Origin: Octopus sinensis
Taxonomy: Eukaryota
Reading direction: 5' to 3'
Assembly: GCF_006345805.1 (NCBI RefSeq)
Contig: NC_043007.1
Span: 18,848,001-18,912,000, forward strand
DNA: 64,000 bases
Shown: positions 24,830-37,501 of the stretch, piece after piece
Layout: the number at the start of each line of letters is the position of its first letter
How positions within the stretch are numbered: the first letter of the stretch is position 1
Translations under genes and position numbers: made by a program
The notes under the pieces: model-generated
Told to the model about the DNA's origin: nothing
Databases searched by the model: none
The model's input: only the letters and a program-made list of their open reading frames with translations

Positions 24830-25522
24830 GTGTTTCTGTGTCTGTATAAGTATGCATATTTTTCTCCCGCCACCATTGCTGGCTGTATTTGCGTCGTCGT
24901 AACTTAGCAGTTTGCCGAAAGGGATCGATAGAATAAGTACCAGCCTTTTAAGAAATAAGTACTGGGGCCGATTTGTTCGACTGAAACCTTCAAGGCGGTG
25001 CTCCAGCATGGCCGCAATCCAATGATTGCAACAAGTAAGTGATAAAAGATGGAAGATGTATGAATACGCATAGCAACATACGCACACATACACATACATA
25101 CACACACACTCTTTCTCTCCTCCCTGTTCCTCCCTCTCTCCCCCTCCCTTTCTCTCCCCTCTCTCCCTCTCTCTCTCTCATTCTTTCCCAAGCACACACG
25201 CACACACATACGCAAAAGGTAGAACCATTTGCAGTATCCAAGACTCACCTTTACATTGCAAAAACATGCCAATAGCGCCCCCTATCCCCACCCCGCTCCT
25301 GTTGTAATTAATTTATCAATTAATCTCATTTCACGGCGCCACTTAATCAGTTTTACAAACATTCCTATATATTATAAATTAATTACTAAAGAAGGGACAC
25401 CAAGGGATGAATGGGGGGACGAGGCGATAACAGTTCCGCTGACGACGGCTAAAGGTGCAGAATCACCCTAAGTTATTCTCCTTCGTTTGCTCAATTACAT
25501 ATCAACGTTAGCCAACACCAAA

Positions 25523-25597
25523 TACAGTAATCCTTCGATTATCGCGGGTGTTACTTTCCAAAACTTCCCGCGATAGGTGAAAATCCGCGAAGTAGAA
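25523..25597 (+). mobile_element. Tc1/mariner-pogo-like MITE left end
   Basis: TA-CAGTAATCCTTCGATTATCGCGG...CCGCGATAGGTGAAAATCCGCGAAGT pattern. Confidence 0.5.
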
Positions 25598-25620
25598 ACA
25601 GTACAGTACTGCTCTTATAC

Positions 25621-26186
25621 GCTTTTACTTGTTTCAGTCGTTTGACTGTGGCCATGCTGGAGCACCGCCTTTAGTCGAGCAAATCGACCCCGGGACATAT
25701 TCTTTGTAAGCCTAGTACTTATTCTATCGGTCTGTTTTGCCGAACCACTAAGTTACGGGGACGTAAACACACCAGCATCGGTTGTCAAGCGATGTTGGGT
25801 GGGGGACAAACACAGACACACAAACATACACACACACCACACACACACATATTATATATATATATATGGAGGAGTGGCTGTATGATAAGAAACTTGCTTC
25901 CCAACCACATGGTTCCGGGTTCAGTTACACTGCCTGGCACCTTGGGCAAGTGTCTTTTACTATAGTCTTAAGTCAACGAAAACCGTCGTATATATATGTG
26001 TGTGTGTGTTTGTGTGTCTGTGTTTGTCCCCCCACCACCACCACCACCATCACTTGACACCGATGTTGGTGTGTTTACGTCCCCGTAACTTAGCGGTTCG
26101 GCAAAAGAGACCGATAGAATAAATACCAGTATTACAAAAAGTAAGTCCAGGGGTCGATTTGTTCGACTGAAGGAAGTAAAAGAATA
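25621..26186. mobile_element. Back-to-back family A SINEs (- tail 25621-25855; + copy 25868-26186)
   Basis: Two tails in inverted orientation. Confidence 0.82.
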
Positions 26187-26762
26187 AAGTGTATATATAT
26201 ATCCACTGCACACGTGTTCACACCCGTCATATAATCGGATTGCTAATTAATAAAACGTGGGTAATTAACTGGGTTAAGTGAGAGTAAAGTCAATGTGAAG
26301 GTCAGCATCGGAGTCCATGCGTGTATGTCTGTGTGTGTTTGTGTTCATAACTATCTGTGCGTATGCGTGTGTGTTGGCTGGCTGGCTGGCTGGTCAGTTG
26401 GTTTGTTTAGATTGGATTATCGTTAATCTCTTGCCCTTGAACTTGCGCTTCCTGATTGATTGAAATCGGTTAGCAGCCAGATTATATTATGCTGGCAGTA
26501 GTGGCGGTGGCGGAGGTGGAGGTGGTGGTGGTGATGGTTATCGTGGTAGTGTTATTGCACAGTAGCGATAATCGGGGCCTTCTCAGCAACATTATAGGCC
26601 CCCGAGCGAATTAGTGCAGCGAACCCTATAGTATTTTTTTATCATTATTGACAACAAGCCACAACTCAAATAGCTGAGATTTGGGTTTCCAACCCTGTGA
26701 GGCCCCCAGATAATACATTGCATTAGAACCTGTAGAGTCTATTTATTGACAATAAGACACAT

Positions 26763-26799
<37 letters not shown>

Positions 26800-26833
26800 T
26801 TGTTTCTCTGGAGACTGTCAGAATGATGTGGAT

Positions 26834-26876
26834 GCCTCTGATGAGAACCCAATAAGGTTTGAAAATCGATTGAGGT
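26834..26876 (+). ncRNA. Hammerhead motif, probably inactivated (H17=G)
   Basis: GCCU CUGAUGA GAACC-CAAUAA-GGUUU GAAA AUCGAU U G AGGU; stem III palindrome AAUCGAUU. Confidence 0.6.
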
Positions 26877-26955
26877 TGTTCATTACTGTTTCAGTCTGTG
26901 GAGAAATGGCTAAAATTTGCCCTGTTTATAATTATACCATGTTATTATATATATA

Positions 26956-27014
<59 letters not shown>

Positions 27015-27883
27015 TATGCTTGCAGCAGAGTGGACTCAATTAAGGACATCCAAGATGTTAGGTTGATGGTGGGATTAAACCGGGCACCACAGTAGCTTGG
27101 ATGTCGGACCCACGACCGCAGGTTCAATTCCTGGGCCGGGCAGTCCGTTGTGATCTTGAGCAAGATTTCTTCATTTCACATTTGCTCTTCTCTACTCCGA
27201 TGAAAATGAGTACCATTCGGATGCTGGTGTGTGCCTCTCTCCCTCAAACTGAAATGTTAGATGTTCCACTGGGTCACGGGTAAGAGGGAGGGTGAGAGAA
27301 AGAGAGAGAGAGAGATAGAGAGTGTGTGTGTGTGTGTGTATCCATGTCAGTACGTGACTACATAAGCACCTGAAACGATTAGCGAAAGCATGGTACGTTA
27401 TCGAACCGTCACTCGCTCACGTGTGACGGCTATAGTATGGGTTTGCATGCGTGCACACACAGACACACACACAGACACAGACACACACGTATACCTAGGT
27501 AGGCTGACGTAAATGTCATGTAACCTTTTGATGACAAAATCTCTGCTTGCACACAAAACACTGGCGGATTTCACAAAGCGTGCTGCACAGTGACCGGGTG
27601 GCCGACACAAATGTGTTTCCGGTACTGAGTGAGCAGAAATTTACTGAGGATGTTGAGAAATAAGTTATGTATGAGGTAAGCGGGAAAACAAGGTCACAGA
27701 GAAAAAATGAAAATCACAGATTTAGCTTGGAAGTCGGGCGGGGGGGTGGGTGTGGGGTCGCAGGAAAAAGTGTCAGGTTTCATTTAAATACCATGAATAA
27801 TTAAGGTAATTAAATATAATATTAATTCACTAATTAGCGGACGATACGGTGGATTGTATACATTAGCGCAGTTTATATTTATA

Positions 27884-27916
<33 letters not shown>

Positions 27917-27939
27917 CTGCTTATTATTTTGTCTGGAGT

Positions 27940-28276
27940 ATCTTTGTCATGAGTCTACGGCCATGCTGGTGCACCGCCTTGAAGAATTTTAGTCGAACGA
28001 ATCAACCCTGGGACTTATTTTTCTTTAACCCTAGTACTTATTCTACTTGGGCGTAAATAAACCAACACCGGTTGTCAAGCAACGGCGGGGACAAACAGAT
28101 AGAAAGATACACTCACAGAAATATATATATGCTATGGGCTTCTTTCAGTTTCTGTCTATCAAATCCACTCACAATGCTTTGGTGAGTCCGAAGCTATAGT
28201 AGAAGATATTTGTCCAAAGTGCTACGCAGTGGGATTGAACCCTGGAACCATGCTGCTGAGAGGCAAACGTCTTACC
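27940..28276 (-). mobile_element. Family A SINE
   Basis: Consensus match, degenerate. Confidence 0.78.
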
Positions 28277-28902
28277 ACACGGCCACACCTGTGCCTCGTA
28301 TCGAACTATTGAACTATTATTAAAAGAAAGCGACTATTAACGTCTACGCTGGCTCGTTTGCTGAATGACGTTACATGGATGTGAAAAAGAATTGGTTCGT
28401 TCTATATTTTAAATGAAATCACTAATTAAAAACGGGAAAAGGAAAAATTAACATTTGATGAAAATGGTTTTTTTTTTCCTCTGTGACTTTTTTCGCCTCA
28501 ATTCATGTGTGAAGCGGTGGATGTGCGCCATCTTGCCGGAAACAGCTGATTTAATGAAAGCTGAGAAACTAAACGAGGCTTAGAAACATCGCTTGACTGG
28601 GCTGGGTTGTGTATATGCGATTGTTATTGCTGTTGGTGTTTAGGCCAACGCTGTATAGTGTTTAGACACAGGAAGAACCTTGATCGAGCAGATCTATAAG
28701 TAAAATTTTTACCAACCGTGACCATCTCTTACTATTTTCGGACATGATGTATCTAAGACTACATTGTTCAACATGTCTTTTTAAGACAATAGAGTATGAT
28801 ATTTAACCATAGGTCGAACTTATGGGCAAAATCATCCCAGTCCTGATCACCACCTGCTTTCTCAGACATAATATATCTATCTCATAATATTTAGTAGACA
28901 TG

Positions 28903-29137
28903 AAGGCGGCGAACTGGCAGAATCATTACCGCGTCGACAAATTGCTTAGCGACATTTCGTTTGCCACTACGTTCTGAGTTCAAATTCCGCCGAGGGCGAC
29001 ATTGCCTTTCATCCTCTCGAGATCGATTAAATAAGTACCAGTTACGTACTGCTGTTGATGTAATCGACTTAATCCCTTTGTCTGTCCTTGTTTGTCCCTC
29101 TGTGTTTAGCCAGCCCCGTGTGGGCAATAAAGAAATA
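28903..29137 (+). mobile_element. Full-length Meta-like SINE
   Basis: Head AAGGCGGCGAACTGGCAG, B-box-like GAGTTCAAATTCC, GCCTTTCATCC body, AAAGAAATA end. Confidence 0.85.
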
Positions 29138-30705
29138 AATATTTAGTCGACGTGAATCGTTACCGCGCCGGACTAAAATGCTTAGCGGCATTTCTTCCGT
29201 CCTTACATTCTGAGTTCAAACGCCGTAGGGGTCGACTCTGCCTTTCATCTTTTCGGGATGAAAGATACCAGTTGTGCATTGGGATCGATGTAATCGAGAC
29301 TTAACCTCTTCCCACAAAACTGGTGGCCTTGTGTCAGAAACGTGAAACTATTATTAGCTAACATGTACCCTTACTAAAAACGACAGAATGGGGAAGATTT
29401 GACTGTTATATTTTCTCGGTTGAACGATTGTATCAAGGTTCCTTCAGTTTGGCTCTAATATGTTAGTTATCTCAAATTCCGCCGCGATCGACTTTGCCTT
29501 TCATCCTTTCGGAGTCGATAAATTAAGTACCAGTTGCATAGTAGAGTCGATCTAATCGACCCCCCCCCCTCTCCACTAAAAATTTCGGGCCTTGTGCCTA
29601 GAGTAGAAAAGAATATGTTATCTCAAATTCCGCTGAGGAACCTTGTGGAATCTGTTCTCGCTCTTTGTGTTGAGACAGGCCGTGAGTTCGATTCCCGGCG
29701 ACGCATTATGTCTTTGAGCAAGGCACTTTATTTCACGTTGCTCCAGTCCACTCAGCTGGCAAAAACGAGTAGTACCTGTATTTCAAAAGGCCAGCCTTGT
29801 CACATTCTCTGTCATGCTGAATCTCCCTGAGAACTAAGTTATGGGTACACGTGTCTGTGGAGTGCTCAGCCGCTTGTCATTTAATTTCACGAGCAGCCTG
29901 TTCCGTTGATCGGATCAATTGGAACACTCATCGTCGTAACCGACGGAGGACCAGTTTGCCTCGTCCTTTCCATAACATCGACCTCCTGCAGAGGGAACAC
30001 ATACATACAAGGGTAAATGCTGGTTTTCCGCAAGCAATCCTTACTCGGGCCTACGCCTTCGGAAAGGAACTTTCCAGATGTGTAATCCCTCGAGACATAT
30101 GGTGGACCCAATGGCTGCGTACGTAGATAACAAACCAGACTCTTTGGGAGGCTGGTTCGTTTGCGTGTTTCTCTAATCTTATTTAGATCTGCGTCTAAAA
30201 ATAATGTCGGCTGTCTTGATGTAAAAATAGTTTATTGAAGTGCAGTCAAGATAAGATTGGGGATATCAGAAAATCTTATTTTCAGATATGACCTGTCATT
30301 CTTGTGAAAGCGTATGGCCTGGTGGTGAGGATGTTGCATTCACGATCACAAGATCGCAGTTTCGATTCCCAGACCGGGCGGTGCGTTGGTGTTCTTGAGC
30401 ATGTTGCTCTAGTTCATTCAGCTGTAAATGTGTCCCAGCAATGCCTGGGAAGTTAACCCTGTGATGGACTGGCGTCGCATCCAGGTGGAGGTGAGCAGTG
30501 GCGGCTCGTGTATAGGAACTGCAGAACTACATCACCCCCTATTTCCACACGATATTATCGATAACATTCAATATAATGAGTCCTTTTTTCTTTAATTCTT
30601 TCTTTAAACTTGTACATTATATAATCCTTAAGCTTAAAGCTAGTTGCCATCTCTTAATTTATGGAAAAAAAAAATTTTCTACTCTAGGCAGAAAGCCGGA
30701 AATTT

Positions 30706-31082
30706 TTTGGCGTGGCTGTGTGGCAAAAGGTTTGCTTCCCAAATACATGACTTCGGTTTCAGTCCCACTGCGTGGCACCTTAGGGGTCAAGTGTCTTTTG
30801 CTGTAACCTCGGATCGACCAAAGCCTTGTGAGTGGTTCCGTAGACAGAAACTGAAAGAAGCCCGTCGTATATGTGTGTTGCTTTGTGTCTGTGCTTGTCC
30901 CCCGCTACCGTCTGACAGCCGGTGTTGGTATGTTTACACCTTCGTAACTTAGCGGTTCGTTAAGAATGAGCACCAGGCTTTAAACAATAAATACCGGAGT
31001 CGAGTCGTGGGACTAAAACTCTTCAAGTCGGTGCCCCAGCATGGCCGCAATCCAAAGACCGAAACAAAGTGAGAGATAAAAG
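30706..31082 (+). mobile_element. Family A SINE
   Basis: Consensus match. Confidence 0.8.
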
Positions 31083-31325
31083 AAGCTAGGATATTTATTC
31101 GAGGAAGACTGACTGACTGCGATTTCTAGCAGGTCGAACGACTGTGTTTGACTGTGGGGTTTTTCTGTTTACTCACAAGGGTCGATCCCCAATAAGAACG
31201 ACGCTGATCGAAGTCGTTCCAGCGTCAGTGATTTTTATCTGGGAAGACATTACGTTTCCACGACCTTTTGGTTTATTTCAAACGGCAGGGTGTACGATTT
31301 AAGGGAGATTTACTCTCTTACTATC

Positions 31326-31515
31326 TTTTCTCTTTTACTTGTTTCAGTCATTTGACTGCGGCCATGCTGGAGCACCGCCTTTAATCGAGCAACTCGACCC
31401 CGGACTTATTCTTTGTAAGCCCTGTACTTATTCTATCGGTCTCTTTTTGCCGAACCGCTAATGTTATGGAGACGTAAACACACCAGCATCGGTTGTCAAG
31501 CGATGTTGGTGGGGA

Positions 31516-31549
<34 letters not shown>

Positions 31550-31697
31550 ACACACAACACACATACATACATATATATACATATATACGACAGGCTTCTT
31601 TCAGTTTCCGTTTACCAAATCCACTCACAAGGCATTGGTCGGCCCGGGGCTATAGCAGAAGACACTACTTGCCCAAGATGCCGCGCAGTGGGACTGA
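31326..31697 (-). mobile_element. Family A SINE
   Basis: Consensus match, inverted relative to 30706-31082. Confidence 0.85.
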
Positions 31698-32381
31698 TGC
31701 TTTATTTCTAGTAGGTCGAGCGACCATGCTGAGGCGCTCTCCCCTGTCGACTCGTTGTGAAAAATTGCGAAGACAGTCGATAGAAAGAGGGAAGGAAAGA
31801 TAAAAGATGAGAGATAATAAAGAAAGAAAGATTCATTCGTTTCTCACAGCTTGACTTTCCATAAGTACAAAATATGCGTTTGAACGCGTCTCCCTTTCTC
31901 TCTCCCTCACTCCTCTCTCTCTTTCTTTCTTTTTCTCTTTCTCTGTGTATGTGGTGGTGACGGTGGTGGCGGTGGCGGTGGCGGCGGTGGTGACGGTGGC
32001 GGTGGTGGTGGTGGTGGTGGTGGTGGTGGTGGTGACGGTGGTGGCGGTGGTGGTGGTGGTGACGGTGGTGGCGGTGGTGGTGGTGATATGAGATCTTTCG
32101 ATCTTAAGTTCTCCGCTGGTTTCTTTATTAAAACAAAGATCTAAATTTAATGAGGCTCCTTCTGTCTTCTTCTTTACGTCTGAACATTTAGTTTAGTGTA
32201 AACGTAAGGAGGAGGTGGCGGGGAGCGGGGTGAGGGGGGGGGAGAGGAATGAGAAGAAAACGAGAAACAAAAATGATCCATAAAGATAAGGGACACGTTT
32301 CTTAGATGTACCTTATAACACACTTAACAAAACACACACACACCACACACACCACACACCCACACACACACACACACACAC

Positions 32382-32453
<72 letters not shown>

Positions 32454-32454
32454 G

Positions 32455-32756
32455 AGGCGCAATGGCCCAGTGGTTAGGGGTAGCGGGCTTGCGGTCGGAG
32501 GATCGCGGTTTCGATGCCCAGACCGGGCGTTGTGTGTGTTTATTGAGCGAAAACACCAAGAAGTTCAACGAGGCTCCAGCAAGGGATAGTGGCGACCCCC
32601 TGTTGTACTCCTTCGCCACAACTTTCTCTCACTCTTTCTTCCTGTTTCTTGAGTAATGCTGCTATGGACTGGTGTCCCATCCAGCTGGGGGAAACACATA
32701 CGCCACAGAAACCGGAAAACCGGGCCCATGAGCCTGGCTAGGCTTGAAAAGGGCGA
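32455..32756 (+). mobile_element. tRNA-derived SINE (family D head, tail 1)
   Basis: A box TGGCCCAGTGG, B-box-like GGTTTCGATGCC; tail with ATGGACTGGTGTCCCATCCAG. Confidence 0.82.
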
Positions 32757-32789
32757 CGTTTATATATATATATATATATATATATATTC

Positions 32790-33010
32790 TTTTATTCTTT
32801 TACATGCTTCAGTCATGCTGGAGCACCACCTTTAGTCGAACAATTCGACCGCAGGACTTATTCTTTGTAAGCCTAGTACTTTTTCTATCGGTCTTTTGCC
32901 GAACCGCTAAGTTACGAGGACGTAAACGCACCAACATTGGTACTCAAGCGATGTTGGGGGGGGGACATACACACACACACACACACACGCACATATATAT
33001 ATATATATAT
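32790..33010 (-). mobile_element. Family A SINE 3' half
   Basis: Tail consensus. Confidence 0.8.
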
Positions 33011-33454
33011 AATGTTTGTATGTATGTATATGTATATATATATTGTCCATTTGTTGTTAACGCTTTAGATTCATTTAAAATATTTGGTAGGTAAATTTAG
33101 GTTAACATGTAAGACACAACACACACACACACCACACACACACACACGTATGTATGTATGTATGTACTAACGTAGGTGTGTCAGTACGTTTGATAGTATG
33201 AATGTACGTAGATATGAAAGTAAGTATTAGTGTCATTCTCAGAGGTTTGGGAAGTTTTCAGTTTTCCTTTCGCGAATGAATCGCTTCTTCAAATATTTCA
33301 TTCACTTATCTTCTTATCGCAACCTTATGATCTCTAGGTTACGAGTGCGTGTGTATGAGAGAGAGAGAGATTGTGTGTGTATAAAAGAAAGGGTATAGTA
33401 TAGTGTGTGAAAAGGAGAGACTGTCAGTGTGAATATATATATATAAATATAAAG

Positions 33455-33464
33455 AAGCCTGTCG

Positions 33465-33526
<62 letters not shown>

Positions 33527-33735
33527 TGTGTCTGTGTTTGTCCCCCCTAGCATTGCTTGACAACCGATGCTGGTGTGTTTACGTCCCAGTCACTTAGCGG
33601 TTCGGCAAAACAGACCGATAGAATAAGTACTCGGCTTACAAAGTATAAGTCCCAGGGTCGATTTGCTCGACTAAAGGCGGTGCTCCAGCATGGCCGCAGT
33701 CAAATGACTGAAACAAGTGAAAAAAGTAAAGAGTA
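33455..33735 (+). mobile_element. Family A SINE 3' half
   Basis: Tail consensus. Confidence 0.85.
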
Positions 33736-34130
33736 TTTCTTTTTTGAGCTGCGAGAAACATTGACAAAGAATGTTCGGTAGTAACATTCTTTGTTTCACT
33801 TGAGGGGATTTTTTAAAAAAACACAGGGCGCGTGCGTACATAGCGTGGTAGGGTTGAAACCCACCGAAATAATACGGAGACCCCAACATGAAGTGGACGT
33901 TTGACGTGGGGTGAGCGGATGACAGGTGCTTGTTGTTTTAGTTTAATGGCCTACCTTGTCACAACGCTGCATTTTAATGTGGTCTGTCTAACTTCTTTTT
34001 CATCCTTCCCCTTCGTTTTCCTTCTTCACACTACGGAAAGGAAATGTATGTGCACGTGCGTGTATTAATATATATATATATATATATATATACTATATAT
34101 ATATATATATATATGTATACATATACATAC

Positions 34131-34197
<67 letters not shown>

Positions 34198-34413
34198 TAT
34201 ATACATATATATGAATATAATATATGTATGTGTGTGTGTGTGAATATACTCACAAATATGCACACGTGTATATTTATATACATGCACGCGGGCAGACACT
34301 ATGCGTATATATATGTATATATATATTATATATATATATATAATAAATATAAATATAATAGATATATATATATAATATAATTATTATATATATATATATA
34401 TATGTGTGTGTGT

Positions 34414-34462
<49 letters not shown>

Positions 34463-34847
34463 GCGTGTATGTGTATAATGTATTTCGCCTGTGTGTGTGA
34501 ACCGACGTAGATACAAAAGGTCGTCCTGTTAATTAACCACAAACGAATAGAGTTATTCTTTCTAGATTGCAGCATTTGCTTGTGTCTTTGTTCTGTGTGT
34601 GTGTGTGTGTGTGTGTCCTATATCAGGAGTGGTTGTAAGATGTGGTGGGCATGGGATGAGGTGATTGATGGTGGTCATCTCCTAATAAACCCTGTTGACA
34701 TGACCCTGTCGGCGTTTTGATGGAAACGATAAATATTTATGTTAAACCTCAATCACTATACAAGAGAACCAAGCCAACGACACTCTTCCCCCCACTCTCT
34801 CTCGCTAATTCCCTCCCTCTCGTTCTCTTTCTCTCTCTTCCCTCCTC

Positions 34848-34879
<32 letters not shown>

Positions 34880-34934
34880 CAGCGATTTTCAACTAATTTT
34901 GATACGCAGTACACTATATGAGGCACTCGTGGTA

Positions 34935-35268
34935 ATCCGTCGGTTGCGACGACGAGGGTTCCAGTTGATCCTATCAACGGAACAGCCTGCTCGCGAAATT
35001 AATGTGCAAGTGGCTGAGTACTCCACAGACACGTGAACCCTTAACGTAGTTCTCGGGGGAGGTTCAGCGTGACCCAGAGTGTAACAAGGCTGGCCCCTTT
35101 GAATACAAGTACAACAGAAACGGAGAAAGAGTGAGAGAAAGTTGTGTGCAAGAGCGTCGTGGAGCTTTAGGTATTTACTTTCAATAAACACTCACAACAC
35201 CCGGTTTGGGAATAGAAACCGCAATCCTATGACCGCGAGTCCGCTGCCTTAACCACTGGGCCATTGCG
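34935..35268 (-). mobile_element. Chimeric SINE: family D head with family C tail
   Basis: Junction after AACTTTCTCTCACTCTTTCT into GTTGTACTTGTATTCAAAGGGG. Confidence 0.8.
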
Positions 35269-35357
35269 ATATGAAGCACTAAAAGTGTTACAAAACCAAC
35301 ACCAATGTGCGTATAAGTCTGATCAATAGATAGATAGATAGATAGATAGATAGACGG

Positions 35358-35389
<32 letters not shown>

Positions 35390-35399
35390 GCAGACAGAC

Positions 35400-35450
<51 letters not shown>

Positions 35451-35948
35451 CGGACAGACAGACAGGCAGACAGATAGATAGATAGATATAAATAGATAGA
35501 TAGATAGATAAACGGACAGACAGACAGACAGACAGACAGATAGATAGATAGATAGATAGATAGTTTGATTCGGGGCCCATGCAGCTTTCACAGACTTCTC
35601 ACAGGAGCCTAGCTCCTCGGATTAAGTTACATATGTATGTGTGTGTGTGTACGCGTTTGTTTATGTTTGTCTCCTTAAACTCTGTCCAGATCTTGAAAAG
35701 CCGTAAAGCGCCGGGGTGGCCAGGTTGTTTAATAAGAAAAGCTACATGTGGCTAATTTTAAGCTGCAATTTATAAATAAGAAAATATACCGCTGTTACAT
35801 AGTTTTAACGAACTGAAATATATCGATTAATCTCTGTTCGTTGAAGGTGTTTATTGCGTTTATATTTTTGCAGCTCGTATTTTAGAATCTGGCTGGTAGG
35901 ATGTTAACGCTATTTGGGGAAATAAACAAACGCCATTTGTGCTTCTCT

Positions 35949-35980
<32 letters not shown>

Positions 35981-36519
35981 CTTCCTCTCTTTGTATATTT
36001 CTCTCCGTTTTTTTCTCTCCTTCCTCTCCATCTGTTTCCCTTCCTCACTCTTTTCTGAGGAAATGCGTAGGCTTGAAACATCAAAGACCTCTTTCATTTT
36101 TCCTGAGCGTCAAACTAAATACACCTTGTTTGCTGTTCTCTCACCTGTCTCCGTCCTTTGTTTTTTGTATAACTTTTAACCATGTGCGTGTACGTGTGTG
36201 TGTGTGTGTCTGGGTGTGTTTGTGCACGCGCACGCGCGTATGTATTGATTTATCGAACTAATAATGACAGATCATAACATTGACATCAGCCGTTTTTGAA
36301 GTTAGACGCTAAAGAGCGAGATGAAGTCATAAGTCTGTTCTTTCTTTTTCTCACTCTCTCTCCCTCTCTTCTCTCTCTCTCTCTATCCTCTCTCTCTCCC
36401 TCTCTTCTGTCTTTCTCTCTATTTATCTCTCTCTCTCTCTCTTTCTCTCTAAATAATGATTATAAGCTCTGGTATCGAAGAATGGTTGAATGCTTTACTT
36501 TATCTGAGATTTTGATTTT

Positions 36520-36933
36520 GTGGTGGTGTTGTTGGTGTTGCTGGTGACGGTGGTGGTGGCAGTGGTGGTGGTGGTGGTGGTAGTGGCAGTGGTGTCGTTA
36601 TGGTTGCAGTGATAGTGGCAGTGGTGGTACCGTTGTTGGTGTTGTTGTAGTTGTTGTTGGTGGTGGTGGTGATGTTGTTGTTGGTGTTGCTGGTGATGGT
36701 GGTGGCAGTGGTGGTGTTGTTGGTGTTGCTAGTGGTGGTTGTGGTGGTAGCGGCGGCGGCGGTCGTGGTGTTTTGTGGCGTTGGGTGATGTGGTGGCAGT
36801 GTGTGTTGTTGGTGTTGCTAGTGGTGGTTGTGGTGGTAGCGGCGGCGGCGGTCGTGGTGTTGTTGTTGGCGTTACTGGTGATGGTGGTGGCAGTGGTGGT
36901 GTTGTTGGTGTTGCTAGTGGTGGTTGTGGTGGT
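36520..36933. repeat. (GGT/GTT)n tract with an internal tandem duplication, about 100 bp upstream of the RhoU acceptor
   Basis: GGTGTTGCTAGTGGTGGTTGTGGTGGTAGCGGCGGCGGCGGTCGTGGTG occurs twice. Confidence 0.9.
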
Positions 36934-37030
36934 GACATATTTTTTACTATGTATATCATTTATTGTTTAATTAATTATTTATCATTTACTAATTGATTTT
37001 CTTCTTTTCTTCTTTTCTCTTCCAATTTAG

Positions 37031-37501
37031 GACGATTTTGATTCGCTACGTCCTCTATGTTACCCGAACACAGATGTCTTCCTGCTTTGTTTCAGTGTGG
37101 TCTGTCCTTCGTCCTTCCACAACATTCTTGACAAATGGTTACCAGAGGTGCGGCAACATTCACCTAAAACACCAATCATCTTAATTGGTACTCAATGCGA
37201 TCTCAGGAACGATGTGAAAATCCTCATTGAACTGGCTCGCTACAAAGAGGCCCCAATTGCGGAAGCCGATGCCCAGCGCCTCGCCTGCCAAATTGGGGCC
37301 TATTCGTATATTGAGTGCTCGGCACTGACGCAAAAGAACCTGAAAGAAGTCTTTGACAGTGCCATCATTTCAGCTTTGAACCTTGGTAAACCTACGCTAC
37401 CCAGTGTGCCTTCGGGCAAATCGAAATTGAAAAAGATCAATCCAGACGTACCACCCCATAAAAGGAAAAAGGGTTGGAAAAAGTTCTTCTGTGTGTTTTA
37501 G
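37031..37501 (+). CDS. RHOU: Terminal coding exon (phase 0) of an atypical Rho GTPase, RhoU/RhoV (Wrch/Chp) subfamily
   Basis: Polypyrimidine tract plus AG at 37029-37030, then DDFDSLRPLCYPNTDVFLLCFSVVCPSSFHNILDKWLPEVRQHSPKTPIILIGTQCDLRNDVKILIEL...ECSALTQKNLKEVFDSAI...GWKKFFCVF* (TAG 37499-37501). TQxDLR G4 box, CSALTQKNLKEVFD and the WKKFFCxx end resemble vertebrate RhoU/RhoV; the exon start matches the intron position after DTAGQ. Confidence 0.93.
   Translation, partial: DDFDSLRPLCYPNTDVFLLCFSVVCPSSFHNILDKWLPEVRQHSPKTPIILIGTQCDLRNDVKILIELARYKEAPIAEADAQRLACQIGAYSYIECSALTQKNLKEVFDSAIISALNLGKPTLPSVPSGKSKLKKINPDVPPHKRKKGWKKFFCVF

Noticed and set aside
32455-32530. tRNA-like sequences with A/B boxes (also 8350-8423, 58269-58340 and others)
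   Set aside because: SINE heads continuing into SINE bodies; no complete cloverleaf.
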